64,000 bases of DNA from contig MU053810.1 in the NCBI GenBank assembly GCA_013239625.1, positions 1,623,518 through 1,687,517 on the forward strand. Reading direction: 5' to 3'. Below are positions 40,161 to 52,420 of this stretch, piece after piece. The notes under the pieces are model-generated. The model had not been told where the DNA came from, searched no databases, and saw only the letters and a list, made by a program, of their open reading frames with translations. This DNA is from Lama guanicoe (Eukaryota). The translations under genes were made by a program, and so were the position numbers. The number at the start of each line of letters is the position of its first letter. Position 1 is the stretch's first letter.

Positions 40161-41877
40161 AGGCTTAAAGGATATGGAAGCCATGGCTAACCAAGGCTGA
40201 GAGACCATTACAGTCAGAACAGACATCATGTTGAAGTACCAGAGCCCAGGATTAAAGATGACAGTTTCAAGGAACTAAAAGATGTTCTAGAAGGCTGGCT
40301 GGGGCAGAGAACGTGAGGGAAAATCATAAGGTGGAAGGGACCAGTTAGTGGTGGGTCTCAGAACTTGCTTTCACTATTTTGGCACAATTCCAGGGTCAGT
40401 GGGATTCTGGGTTGAATGATTTGAAGTAGGGGAGTGAATGGTAGATAGTGTGGAGAATGACTTCTAGGGATAATGGAGCCAAGACACCTGTGAGCAAGTT
40501 ACTGCAGTAAGTGACCTACACTTGGGGAAGGGTGTCAGTAGTACCTAGAGAGAAATGGGTAGATCTCATAACTATTGAGAAGGTGACACCTTCCTAAGTT
40601 GCCATTGCTACTTCTTATCAGTGTGAACCAGGCCATGGTGATTCACTGAGGTAAGCTGGACACTTAAACACGAAAACATTTCAATCATTGATATTGCTCT
40701 TCAAGAGGATATATCAGCAATTTTTTTGAGGACTTATTTACTTCTCAAAAAAGTCTAATTTATGTATTTGTTTATCTCAGTTTTCTTCTAAAATCTTGAA
40801 ATATTTGTTGTGGCTGAGAAACTGATGTCACATTCTTCTGGCTCAACGTGGGTTATAATTGATAGAGTTTCTTAGTGATAGATGTTTAAACCAAACTCCT
40901 GTTCTGGAAGTGAGAATGCCAAAGGGCTGTACATTTTACCAATTTGCTCATGAGCATGGAAGTAAATTAGAATGACAGAGAACAGTATGCTGCAGCAAGT
41001 GCCTGTATAAAATTATGTCTGATATCTTCTTTGAGATATACGATTCTGCCACTGAAGCTTTTGTTTTAGGGTGTTAGTAACCACTCATTTCAGTTACTGC
41101 AGTGAAAATAGGTTTTGTTGTTCCCGTTAGTCAGCATAAAATGAAAATGATGATAAACTCTGTCTGAAGATGCCGCTTTCATTAAAAAGGAAAGAAGAAA
41201 AACTAATTGAAAGTCGCCATAAATTTTGAATGACTAATGTCATGCCAAACAAGTCACTAGAAATCTCTGATGGGTGTAAAAAATGCAATCATCTGCACAA
41301 TTGGAAAGAGCTAAATTCAATCTAGCTATACTTTATTTTTTTAAATTTGTGTATTGGGAGAGATAATATAGAAATCATTGAATTTTAATATAAAAATCTT
41401 TTACTATAGGTGGTTTGTACATGCTATTGGCCTTGAAATCAATTAATTTCCCTAAGGATCCTTTTATTTCAGCTGATCATCTTTATTATAGCTCACTCTT
41501 TTTCTTGTTTCTTTCCCAATAATAATATATAGTTCCTATCATTTCAAACACACAAAAAATCTCAGGTTTCTGTTTCTTTGTTTTGCTTTATTGTGTTTTG
41601 TTTTTGTTATCTTACTGTATATATATTTATATATAATATGTAATACTAGTATATATTTACATATAATATACAATAATAAATAAATATAAATACCCACATA
41701 TATATATACACACATATCTGCACAGATTCAGGTCCCATTTTAAAAAAAAAAGGAGGCAAAAACTTTATGAACTTTCTTCCTAAGTCTCCCCAGTTTTCTT
41801 CCATACAAAGTAAAAGTAGCTTTCTAGTGACCAGCATTTTATTCTTTGAATCTTTGCTTTTAAAAGTGGCCATAAAA

Positions 41878-42212
41878 CAGTTGACCTCCGAACAATGCTG
41901 AGAGTTAGGGGTGCCCATCCCCACCCAGTTGAAAATCCACACACTATCTCTGCCTCAAAAACAAAGGGATTGACAAATGACTCACCCAAGGGCTGAAAGC
42001 AGAAAACAGTTCAGATAGAATCGGACACAAACCCTAGTTCTTCTGATTTCACATATTGTGATCTCTAATCAGACACAAATTTTTTCTCCACACTTAGATA
42101 ATTTAAAGATCTATAAAGCAAAAATACAGATACTATATTTATTGGGGGAAAAATGTCTTATAAATAGAACCAACCAGCACAGTTCAAACCTATATTGTTC
42201 AAGGGTCATCTG
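41878..42212. mobile_element. Tigger2-type non-autonomous DNA transposon
   Basis: TIRs cagttgacctccgaacaa.. and ..ttgttcaagggtcatctg followed by TA. Confidence 0.75.
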
Positions 42213-42775
42213 TATACTGAATCTGGGGTGGGGGTGGGGGGGTCATCACATCTAAAAATTAAAAATATCTGCAGGTCTAGATCTGTAGGTGCAAAATATC
42301 TTGTTCCATAAAACTGCTTTTTGTTATGGGATGTACAGGAGATAAATTGAATATGTAATTATGTAAAATAAAATATTTTTATTATTCATTTAGTGAAACT
42401 TGACAAATAACATGCTCTACTCTTTTGGAGAAGACTAATCAAACTAAAAAAACTCTAAAATAAATTACTCATCATAATGGCTGATCTGCATTGTAGTGGA
42501 CACCTAGAAGGCAATGGTGATATTAAATAGATGAGCTCAATTCAGAGTTGAAGCTTCTAGATTCCCTTTGTAAGTGAAGAACAGATCAACAGACCCTAAC
42601 AGCCCAACTTTACTCTTTTCACATATTTTAAACATTTAGTTTCTAAGGAAATTTTTTTCTTTATTTTCATCTAGAATTCAGGTTCCTAAAGTCAGCTACA
42701 ATAATAGTGGTGCGAAGTAGAAGCATCATGTATTTTTTTTTAAGTAGAAGACTCTTCATTTTCCATTTACTATAA

Positions 42776-42913
<138 letters not shown>

Positions 42914-45239
42914 TAAATATTCTACAGCTTCACCATAGTTATTATTTTTAATTTACTCCATATTTCAAAAAGGACATTTATTGGGAAAACTGTTGTCTTC
43001 TATCACAAAGTCATGGGTATATATAAAACCTAAGAAATAGTATAGCTATTGGGAAAATGTTTCTGCAGAAAAAAAGGTAGTTATAATTCATTTTTGGTAA
43101 TTTGGAAGACTGTGTGAATGAGAATAGAGCCAAAAAGAAAAAATACTTGAGAAGCTATGGAAATATTTTTATTTTCTTTTAATGTATATAGTTGATTGAT
43201 AGATATAAATATATATACATATATATCTACATTCACATGCAAAACAACATTATACTAGCTTTAATTATTTGGGTTTTTCCCTCCCTTTAATGCCACCTAT
43301 GTTGACTGGCAACTCATTTGAGAGTTTTAAAAATAAACCCTGAAATTCAGTTTGAATTCTCTTCATTTTATTTTACTCCATAAACTTTGGAGGTTAGTTT
43401 CAAGTTTAGCAATAGCCTAGAAAGGCAATTATCATTTTTTAATAGTACATCCCAGGAGTCAGAAAATGTAATCCTTGAGTGCTACCAGCAGAAGTAAGCA
43501 AAATGCCAGAGAATATCGCTGTTTGCCTCACACGGAGTGATAGAAAAAGTAGAAGAATGAGAGAAAAGCATGAAGAGTAAGTAAAGAAACAAGTTAAAAG
43601 AAATCCATAGATATGATGAAAAGTCTGTGGACAGCCCAGGCCTGAAGTCCCTTCCCTTCACTGGGTTTTATTACTGGTCTTCAAGGTAGTATGGAAACCA
43701 TGGTGGCCACTCTTACCATATTTTAGTATAAAGCTTAGAATATATGTAGGATCCAGAAGATTTGTAATCAGGAATACCAACAAGCAAATAAAAGCTGAGC
43801 AACGGTAAATAAAGCTATCTCTGCCTTACAGTTCTGTAGCCTAGTGAACTGTTCAACATGGTGAGGCAGACTGTGGGAATTCCTTAGGAAATACAAATAA
43901 TGAAATATGGGTCTCCAGAGATGATGAAGCTCAAACATCTGTTAGACTCCTTTAAAATTTGTAGAGACTATTATTTAAGATATTTCTTGAAGGAATTTAT
44001 AATTTCTATAATTGTATTGGAAAGGAAGAGTAGGTGACAGGGAAGAACATCTTGAATAAATACTGTACAGAAGAGGAAGTCGGTGGAGTATGTTTGGAAC
44101 AGTAAATGACTGAGTTTCAATGAAGCTGGTGTAAGTTTACAAAAAATATTAAGGTGTGAAAATAGGCTGGGACAATTTAATATAGTACCTCAAGAGTCAA
44201 TCTGAGTCATTAGTCCTTAATTAGATATGTATTAAACTTTAGGAAGCTGAATCAAGACATTTGTATTAATGCCTTAGCGTATAAAAAGACTGAAGTTAGT
44301 ACATATAATTGGAAGAATATTGCTGTAGCTTATGTGACAAATACTGAGGGCCTTGCTGATTTTGTGGCTTCAAACCAAGAGAGAGGAAGGATGCTATTAA
44401 CAAAAATTACAAACCCTAAGCAGAAGATCTGGTTTTAAGGAAAACCAATGACTTCCGTTCAGAGACTATTTAATTTTGTGTAAACACAGGACTATACATA
44501 AGTAAAATTCACACAAAGACTATGTCTTTATGAGCTTACCATGTATTTTGGTGCTAGACATTTCTAGGCATTTAATAGACATTTAATTAATGTGTTGAAA
44601 GATTGGTTGAAAAGGAGAATGATAAGTTAAAAGACTGCCCCCATAAGCCATGAATTACCTCATGTCCTGTCGTATCTTTAAAGTATGATACAAAGATGGT
44701 TATCTTATAATATGAGCATTAGGTATGTTTTCTGACACTGACGTTGCCAGTATTCCACTGAATTTTAAAAAGTGAATTATTAATCACGTTTGTTCAAAAT
44801 CTGTACACACAGTGGTGAAAATATGGGCAACTTGGCATTTGCAGTTTCTCAAATCGTTTTATCTTTAAAAGTCATGTCAGCAATTCAGCCAATATAAAGT
44901 AAGATTTCCCTTAGCTGAGTTAGTGGGAAAAAAACCTAAACAGATGGCTATATCATGTTTACTGCTTCAAAGTACCATTTTTCTTTGAAAAGATCCTCAA
45001 AATAAGTGAGAAATCTGGTGTCTTCAGTGATCTCTATCTGCTTTGAAGAAAACGCTAATGTAAAGAAACCTTGTTTATCTTTGACTTAAGATGTGCAACA
45101 ACAGCACTTGCCTACATAAATCCATACCCTGTTTAGTGAGGCACAGCTGAGATAAGTTAGACACTGACCGAGGTTTTTCCAAAATGAAACCAGAATCTCC
45201 TGTAAAAGTTTTCAGCTAAATAAATAGCTAGTCTACACT

Positions 45240-45780
45240 TCCGTGGTTCACTTGTTCAATCCATATTGGCCGAGCCCCTGCTTTGGGAAAGGCACAGTAC
45301 ATGATAATTTGGTTTGTGGAGAGAAGAATAAACTGTGGTTCCTCCAGGAGCTTAGGATCTAAGAAGAGGAAGGAGTATGTGACTAAGCTATAGGACAAGG
45401 CTGACTGTACGTGCTGGGGGAGCAGAAGGTTGCTCCAAGAGATCATTCTTGTTGAGTGAATCAAGAACAGGTTTGTGAAAGAGCTAACATTTGACACTGG
45501 CCTTAATGGAAGGTGGGATGTTAGGAGGCAGAGAGGCAGTTGAGAAGAGGTAAAGAGGGAAGGGACACTCCAGACAAGAGGATGTTAAGCATATTTGGAG
45601 GGCTGTCAAGTATATCTGTTTGTCTTGAATGAAGACTTAGAGTAAGAGTCTATTGAAGGGGTGATGGGAAGAGTGATGTGAACTTCGAACTTTAGGCCCT
45701 TGGATGATATCCTGCAAGCACTGGGTTTCTTTGAGCAAAAGGCAGATCTGGCCTAATCTGGCAGTGGAGGACAGGGCAAG
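45240..45780 (-). mobile_element. L2 LINE remnant
   Basis: ttcacttgttcaatccatatt..cctccaggagcttag..gagctaacatttgac..ttgagcaaaaggc. Confidence 0.5.
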
Positions 45781-47464
45781 GTGAGGGGGTTAAAGGTAAA
45801 GAAAGCAGCAGGTTTTTCAATACTTCTGCGTGGGTTTTAGTGCCCGAAGCCAGTGAAAGACACATCATTTGAGTTGCCATTCTGGTTGCAAGGGTTTTCA
45901 GCCACAAGGATCCATTAGGACACAAGTAAAACTAAGAACAACTTAAACGGGGACTTCTGAGTCACATCTTTTCAATGGATCCCTTCTGATTAACTAGGCG
46001 TTACCATCAGCTAGACCTGCATGACAAATGCTCATCATCTTACGAATCCTGAAAGAGTTATTAACCATGAAAGGCTTGGAAGAAAAATAGCAACTACAAG
46101 TCAGGTTAAATAAAATTGGCTGCAGGCCGTTAGAAATAGACCAGGGGCTGGAATTTTTAAGTAGGAGCACATTGGTGTCTATGAAACTGAAATGAGCAGA
46201 TACTCTACTGACTCTCAGTTCTCTTTGAATGTGTCTACAAATTCCTCTTGCACGTGTTTCTACACTGGATTTAGGAAAAGAAGAAAGTGAAATGTTAAAG
46301 TGTATATTTTAAATCATAGTCCCCTTCATTCCTACCTCACTGCTTCCCCAGTTCTCATACCTCCTTCAAATCTCTCGCGCCACATGGATGCTAATTTCAA
46401 CTAAAATGAACTTACAGATAATGCCTTCTGTTATAGGATCAATACCATTTCAAAACAAAAAAACCGTTTAAAAATACAGATACGTACATAATTTACTGTG
46501 ACCCATCTTTATGTGTGTATATGTATATTATATATAGATACATATACATATGTATTTATACATATATAGATATGCATATATAGTTCATTGTGAATAAAAT
46601 TAAGAATTAAAATGTAAATAAAAACTAAATATCCAGTCACTTATTTATAAACTGTAAAAACAAATCTTTACTTATTAAGCATTTTAAGTTTCAAAAGCCT
46701 CAATCATCCATACAAATAATGAACATGATGAGTTGGAAATACCATCTTATTTTCTGGTTCACTAGCAGCAGAATCTGAAAGCATTCGTTTGTCTTTCTAT
46801 TTAAAGAATACATCAGAATGCAAATATTCCAGGCATTAAAAAACTAGTCCTGCATGCGTTTCATACAAATATTCCTATTAAATGTACCACTAAGTTGTGT
46901 TTGCAAATTACCTTGTGTTTTCTTTCCTTTCCATATGAATACTTTAATTGGTTCTTTTTTAATTGTGGGCTGCTAAGGTGATCTTTTAAAAGCTTCAAAA
47001 AGTAGATTTACATTTGAAGATTTGATTTTTTAATTCTTGCAGACATCACTAGTTAATGGTATTTTTTTCATGAGTCCATCATGGGTAATGCAGCTAAGAT
47101 GAGAGAAAAGTGGGGCATGGGAGGGGGCGGTAAACAATGCCTTACAGAATGGGGAAGAGACAAGTTGACATTATCCAGATAATTCTGGCCCCCAGATTTT
47201 AAGTATATAGACAGATACTGAGGCAAAATTAAGATAGTGTGTGGAATTGCAGGCAAGTTGTACATGAGATTAGGAATCAAAGATGACATGAATTAAAAGG
47301 AAAATGATGAAAATGTATTCCTTACCTTGATTATATGAAGGATTTGTCCTCCTTTCCTTTCAACATGAATTTCAAGTTGGGGATTAAATAAGAAAACTGT
47401 TTAGATTTTTTTTTTCAGGGTATGAAAACGGTTGCATTGAGAAACCTACTTCACAGGAATCTAT

Positions 47465-47530
47465 TTTTTCTTTTTCCAGTTTAATCGATATAAGTGACAT
47501 ACAGCACTGTCTAAGGTTAAGATGTCAATC
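47465..47530 (-). mobile_element. Very short L1 3'-terminal fragment
   Basis: ttccagtttaatcgatataagtgacatacagcactgtctaaggttaag flanked by a repeated atctatttt (TSD-like). Confidence 0.6.
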
Positions 47531-47679
47531 TTGGATCTATTTTATTTCAGTTGGCTCGTGATAACTAATAACATATAAAATGTTCAGTGTAGGTAATGTA
47601 TGTTAGGTAAACAATGTTTAATATCTGAAAAATGAACACATGGCACTAAGAAAAGTCAAAGAAGCAAAGGTAAAATATA

Positions 47680-48025
47680 TAGTTAGCCCTCCATATCCAT
47701 GTGGTTTGTATCCAGGGATTCAACCAACTGCAGATCAAAAATATTCAGCAAAAACACCCCACCAAAATTGGAAAGTTCCAAGAAGCAAAACTTGAATTTG
47801 CTGTGTGCTCGCAACTATTTACATAGCATTTACATTGTATTTACAAGTATTTACATATCATTTACATTGTATTAAGTATTATACAATCTAGAGATAATTT
47901 AAAGTATGTGAGAGGATTGCATAGTCTATATGCAAATACTACATCACTTTATATAAGGGACTTGAGCATCCATGGATTTTGGTTTGGGGGGAGGAGGGTG
48001 TGTCCTGCAGACAGAGGAACAACTG
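47680..48025. mobile_element. MER2-like Tigger DNA transposon
   Basis: agttagccctccatatccatg..ggattcaaccaac..gggacttgagcatccatggattttgg..gaggaacaactg followed by TA. Confidence 0.85.
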
Positions 48026-49609
48026 TATCTCCCTTCTCCCCATTCCTCCAAATTCTTTAGTAGACCTCCCAAGGGAAAAAAAAGTTATTCATTGAGCTAT
48101 GGTTTATTAAATTCAAATTTAGACTAATTTCCTTTATCTGGTCAATAATCATTTGGGTTTTTTTTTTTTTCCCACTTTAAATCTCCAATAAGAGAGGTTG
48201 AAAAAATAGCACATACTATTTTGACTGGGTTTTCGGAAAGTATATTACCAAATCTTCCCACTTCTTTTTTATTCTCGCTTTTGAATAGTAATATTCTAAT
48301 TGTAGTCCCAAATAATATTCATGCTCTTTAAAGGGACTTGATTAATAACAGTTATAAAAAGCTTTTTGAGAGCAGAAGAGAGTAAGTTATTACTCATAAT
48401 GATTGATTTATAAATACCAACCCCATCATCTTTCAAGTATATAACCTCACTGCATTGCATCCATTAACTTTCTGAATCTAGTGAAAAAGTGAATGAAGTT
48501 ATTTTGTCTATTATCATCATCATCACTATCATTTACTGTGGGTAGCTGGCGATCTGATGCATGAAGGGAAGTCCCGAAGGGATACATGCTGGACAAAAAC
48601 AATTTGGTTCACTAATTTAAAGTAACAAACTCAGGTCTCAAGATTCCTGGACACAAAGATAAGTCGTGTGATGTCTGCTTTGCTGTATCTGAATGATTGA
48701 TTCTTTGCAATTTACCTCCTGAAAGTTCATCTTAGCTCTCCTCTTTGCTTCTTTACTCTTCCCCAAACTATCAAGTGTCCAGCAGCAGACTCAGCAGGTT
48801 CACCAGCATTACTGTATTTGCTTTCCCTGTGGCTCTGTGAATTGCATACTCACAAGCCCTTCAGTTTCTCCTGTGTGTTGACATATCACATTTCATCAGC
48901 ACTGGCTCCTTGGGATTGGGAGTGAAGTGTAGTTGGAGATGAGAGCAGCAGGAGACCCAGAGAAGAGCCACCCAGGAGACAGAGCTGAGTCAACATGAAC
49001 AATACCAGAGGCAGAAATATGCATAGAAAGAAGGACAATTCTAGAAAACCAAAAAAAGAGAGGATCATTGGTACATGGTGGGGAAGTCATAACTGGGGAC
49101 AGGAATGGGGGAAGGTCGATCAGTCAAAATGAGAGTCTGGGTATACAAAGCAGATTCTTCAGGCTCAGTTGCTGTAACAGTTGCCATAACAGCCACAGAG
49201 GAGCCGGTCTGTCACTGGTGCTTGGACATTCACTTGGAAACATTTGCCTCTGGAAAGCAGCATTTTCCTCCTGTGGACCCAGACTTTGTTTGAAACATTG
49301 GCAGATATTTTGCTTGCTTGCTTTCCTAGTCCCTGCAGCAATACTTTAGATCTATAACAATATTACACAGATGCTCAAATGCATCACACACCTGAAAACA
49401 AAAGGAGTCTAGGTGACTCGAACTAATGAAGTCACAGAGTGCAGCAGGTGCTCTGACCTTGTCCAGTCCTGGCAAGGGGAGAGACATAGCAAGGGAGGCA
49501 GGATTGACTTTGGACTCTGGCCATTTCAGGAATAAGTTCAAAAGAGTTCTCTTCCTACCGAAGCCAGCAATTGAAGCTCGTGTTCTGGGAGAAGCAGTCT
49601 GGGATCTAG

Positions 49610-49800
49610 GTGAAGATAAATAGGCTCTTGAATCAGAATGCAGGGCCTCATGAGTCAAACCAGTCACAGCTGTTGTGATTTTCAGCAAATGACTCCATCT
49701 CTCCTGCCTCAGTTTCCCAACCTGTGAAATAGCATGATAGTTCCTAGTCCATGAGGACTTTTGTCAAGGGTTAACTAAGTAATGTATATTCTTGACACCT
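49610..49800 (+). mobile_element. MIR SINE remnant
   Basis: tgcctcagtttcccaacctgtgaaat core. Confidence 0.65.
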
Positions 49801-51329
49801 CTTTCATAGAAACTGCTACATAAGTTATTACTGTCCTTTTTACTATATATATTTTTCTGTTTTGTTCCTTTTCAAAATATGTTCTCTGTAAAGCTGTGCT
49901 TGCTTGTTAAAGTAGTTTGTCTGTTGTCTCCTTTGGTGACATGATCCATAGCTCGGGGGGTGTTTAGGGGACTTAACTCTTCATTGTCTCCTTTGGGAAG
50001 GCTGGCTCATCCATTCAGGACCGGGAGGTGTCAGAGTGTGTAGGTGAGCTGGGACACCCTCTTTACCAGCATGGGTATGTCTGTCTACAGTACGTGTGTG
50101 CGCTGCAGAATCTCCTCGAAAGGCCTCCCAATGCTGTCACTCTTGTTAAGTCTGAAAGTCTCACAAAATTGAGCAATTTTGCAACACATGGCAGAAGAAT
50201 CTTGAAGTGTTTTTCTAGTTGTGACGTTACGGGTCATAACTGGGTAACAGGCAGGATTATAATCAGCAGGCCACACATACCTTTCTGTTTCTCACTCTAC
50301 CCTTTGCAGAACAAGATCTTTTAGGATAAGCTATCAAAGCATAAGGTTAGTTACGGGTGAAATGATGGGGGTGGAGATGGACGTTCCCCTGGTGGCATCT
50401 AGGTTGCCTTTCCGACACTTGAGGTTCAATTAATTGCTAATAATCCAACTTGAAAATGTATTGAAAACCCAACCCCAAGTACAAAATTAAATATTTGTTT
50501 AGTTATATTTTTTGTTTGTTTAGTTAAATTTATATGTGATGTTTTGCCTTTGAATTTGGAGACAAGTCCCCTTATGTGCACCTGTCATTTCACTGCTAAC
50601 GTTTATTGTCAGGATTTTCCCCTATTTTTTAAAATGCATCACAGAAAACCAGTAGGTATAAGGTGAAAACAGCTCAAAATGTGTTCTGATACAGCTCTGG
50701 AGCTGAGACATATTATTAAAAAATAATTGGTCTAAATATTTTGTTGGCTGTTTCTAATGAGATTATGGTAGATTTTGATTACCTTGTTGATCTGACTAGC
50801 CTGAGGACTGCAGAGAGATTTTCATTTAATCTAGTGGAATTATTGTTCAAATGAGAGCTTTCTGCTGAAGGCAATGAAGATGGGGGAAAAAAGCCTCCTT
50901 AATTGGTTTATTATCAATTTCCACAGCTCCTTTAAAAAACAAGCATCTTTTAGTTAATAGCTTGTACAGAAAATCCACAGCACTTTTAGATTACTCCAGA
51001 AAAATAGAAAAAAGTAAAAGAATTTGGAACAATGAGATTTTGCCAAAAAAAATACTGTACAAGTGATAAAAATGAAAACTCTGAATTTTAAAAAAATTGT
51101 TATGAATATACATAGCAAAATATTTGCCATACTATTTATGAAGTTTAGTCATTGAACTCCGCTCTGAATATTTTTTTTCTCCTGATTATTCTTTTTTTTT
51201 AAGTGGTAATCTCTTTAGTTAACTTACCAGTTTCCTCCAAAATGCTTTCAAAACACAAGTGTTTCCCAAAACTTTACACCAGTGCATTCTTGTAAACAGA
51301 GTTTACTGTTCTCAGTAGGTGGCAGAGGG

Positions 51330-52090
51330 GAAAAACTATTCCACTAGAGAAACACACGTGAAGGTCACGGCCCAAAGACATAGACCCACTAAAAACTGAG
51401 TAACTTCTAAAATTGAAATACAGAGAGAAAAAAGAATGGAAACAAAAATAGAACACCCCAACACTACGGGACAGTAATAAAAGCTGTAACAAGACATAAT
51501 TGGAATATCAACAGAGAAGAAAAGAAGAACAGAGCAGAAGAAATATTTGAAATGAAACTGGCCAAGAACTTTCCAAAATTAATGACAGATGCCAAACCAG
51601 GAAGCTCAGAGAACACCAACCAAGACAAAAGCAACAGCAAAAACACAACTATACGTATCAGTTTCAAGCTGCAAAAAAACAAAGGCAAAGAGAAAGTCTT
51701 GAAAAAAGTCAGGGAAAACAGCACCTTCTACACGACACCCAGCGCGTGCTCCTCAGAACCGTCCAGGTGTCAAAAACAAGCGAAGTCTGAACAACTGTCA
51801 CAGCCAAGAGGAGCCTCAGTAGACGGGACAACTAGATGTGATGTGATGTCCTGGGTGCGATCCTGGAACATGAAAAGGACGTTTGGTAAAGATTAGGGGA
51901 ACCTGAATAAGTTTCCTTAATAGTTCAGGTAATGATTATACATCAATATGATTTCATTAATTTTGACAACAAGACTCCGTACTGATGTGGAGTTAATAGT
52001 ATGAGAAACCGAGCCGGGTATGAGGAAAGGCTGTGCTATGTTCGCAACTTTTCTCTAAATCTAAACCTATTTTAAAATAAAAAAAATTTT
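51330..52090 (+). mobile_element. Old L1 (L1MC-like): decayed ORF1 segment followed by 3'UTR segment
   Basis: Translation AEEIFEMKLAKNFPKLMTDAKPGSSEN resembles L1 ORF1. Ends gcaacttttctctaaatctaaa..aaaataaaaaa. Confidence 0.7.
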
Positions 52091-52213
52091 TTTTAAAAAA
52101 GGAAGCACAAGTGGCTGCTAAATATATGGGACAATATGTACTCATACTCCTAATAAGAAATGCAGATTAAAACTATGAGATACTATTTCCATTCGTGCGA
52201 TTTGTAATGATGG

Positions 52214-52420
52214 CTCCCTCTCACCCTGTGTGCACTCAGAGGAAAGGCCGCGTGAGGGCTTAGCTAGAAGGTGGCCACATGTGCAAGCCAGGAGGAGTCT
52301 TCAACAGAGACCAAACCCAGTCTTGGACTTTCCAACCTCCAGAACGGTGAGAAAATAAATGTCTGCGGTTTAAAGCTCCCCGCCTATGGTGGCCCATCAT
52401 GGTGGTCTGAGCTAACACCG
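52214..52420 (+). mobile_element. Partial MaLR LTR (MLT1A-like)
   Basis: gaggaaaggcc..gaaggtggcc..gcaagccagga..tcttggactttccaacctccagaacggtgagaaaataaat. Confidence 0.75.

Noticed and set aside
51464..51896. ORFs of 86-114 aa
   Set aside because: Decayed L1 ORF1/3'UTR sequence.
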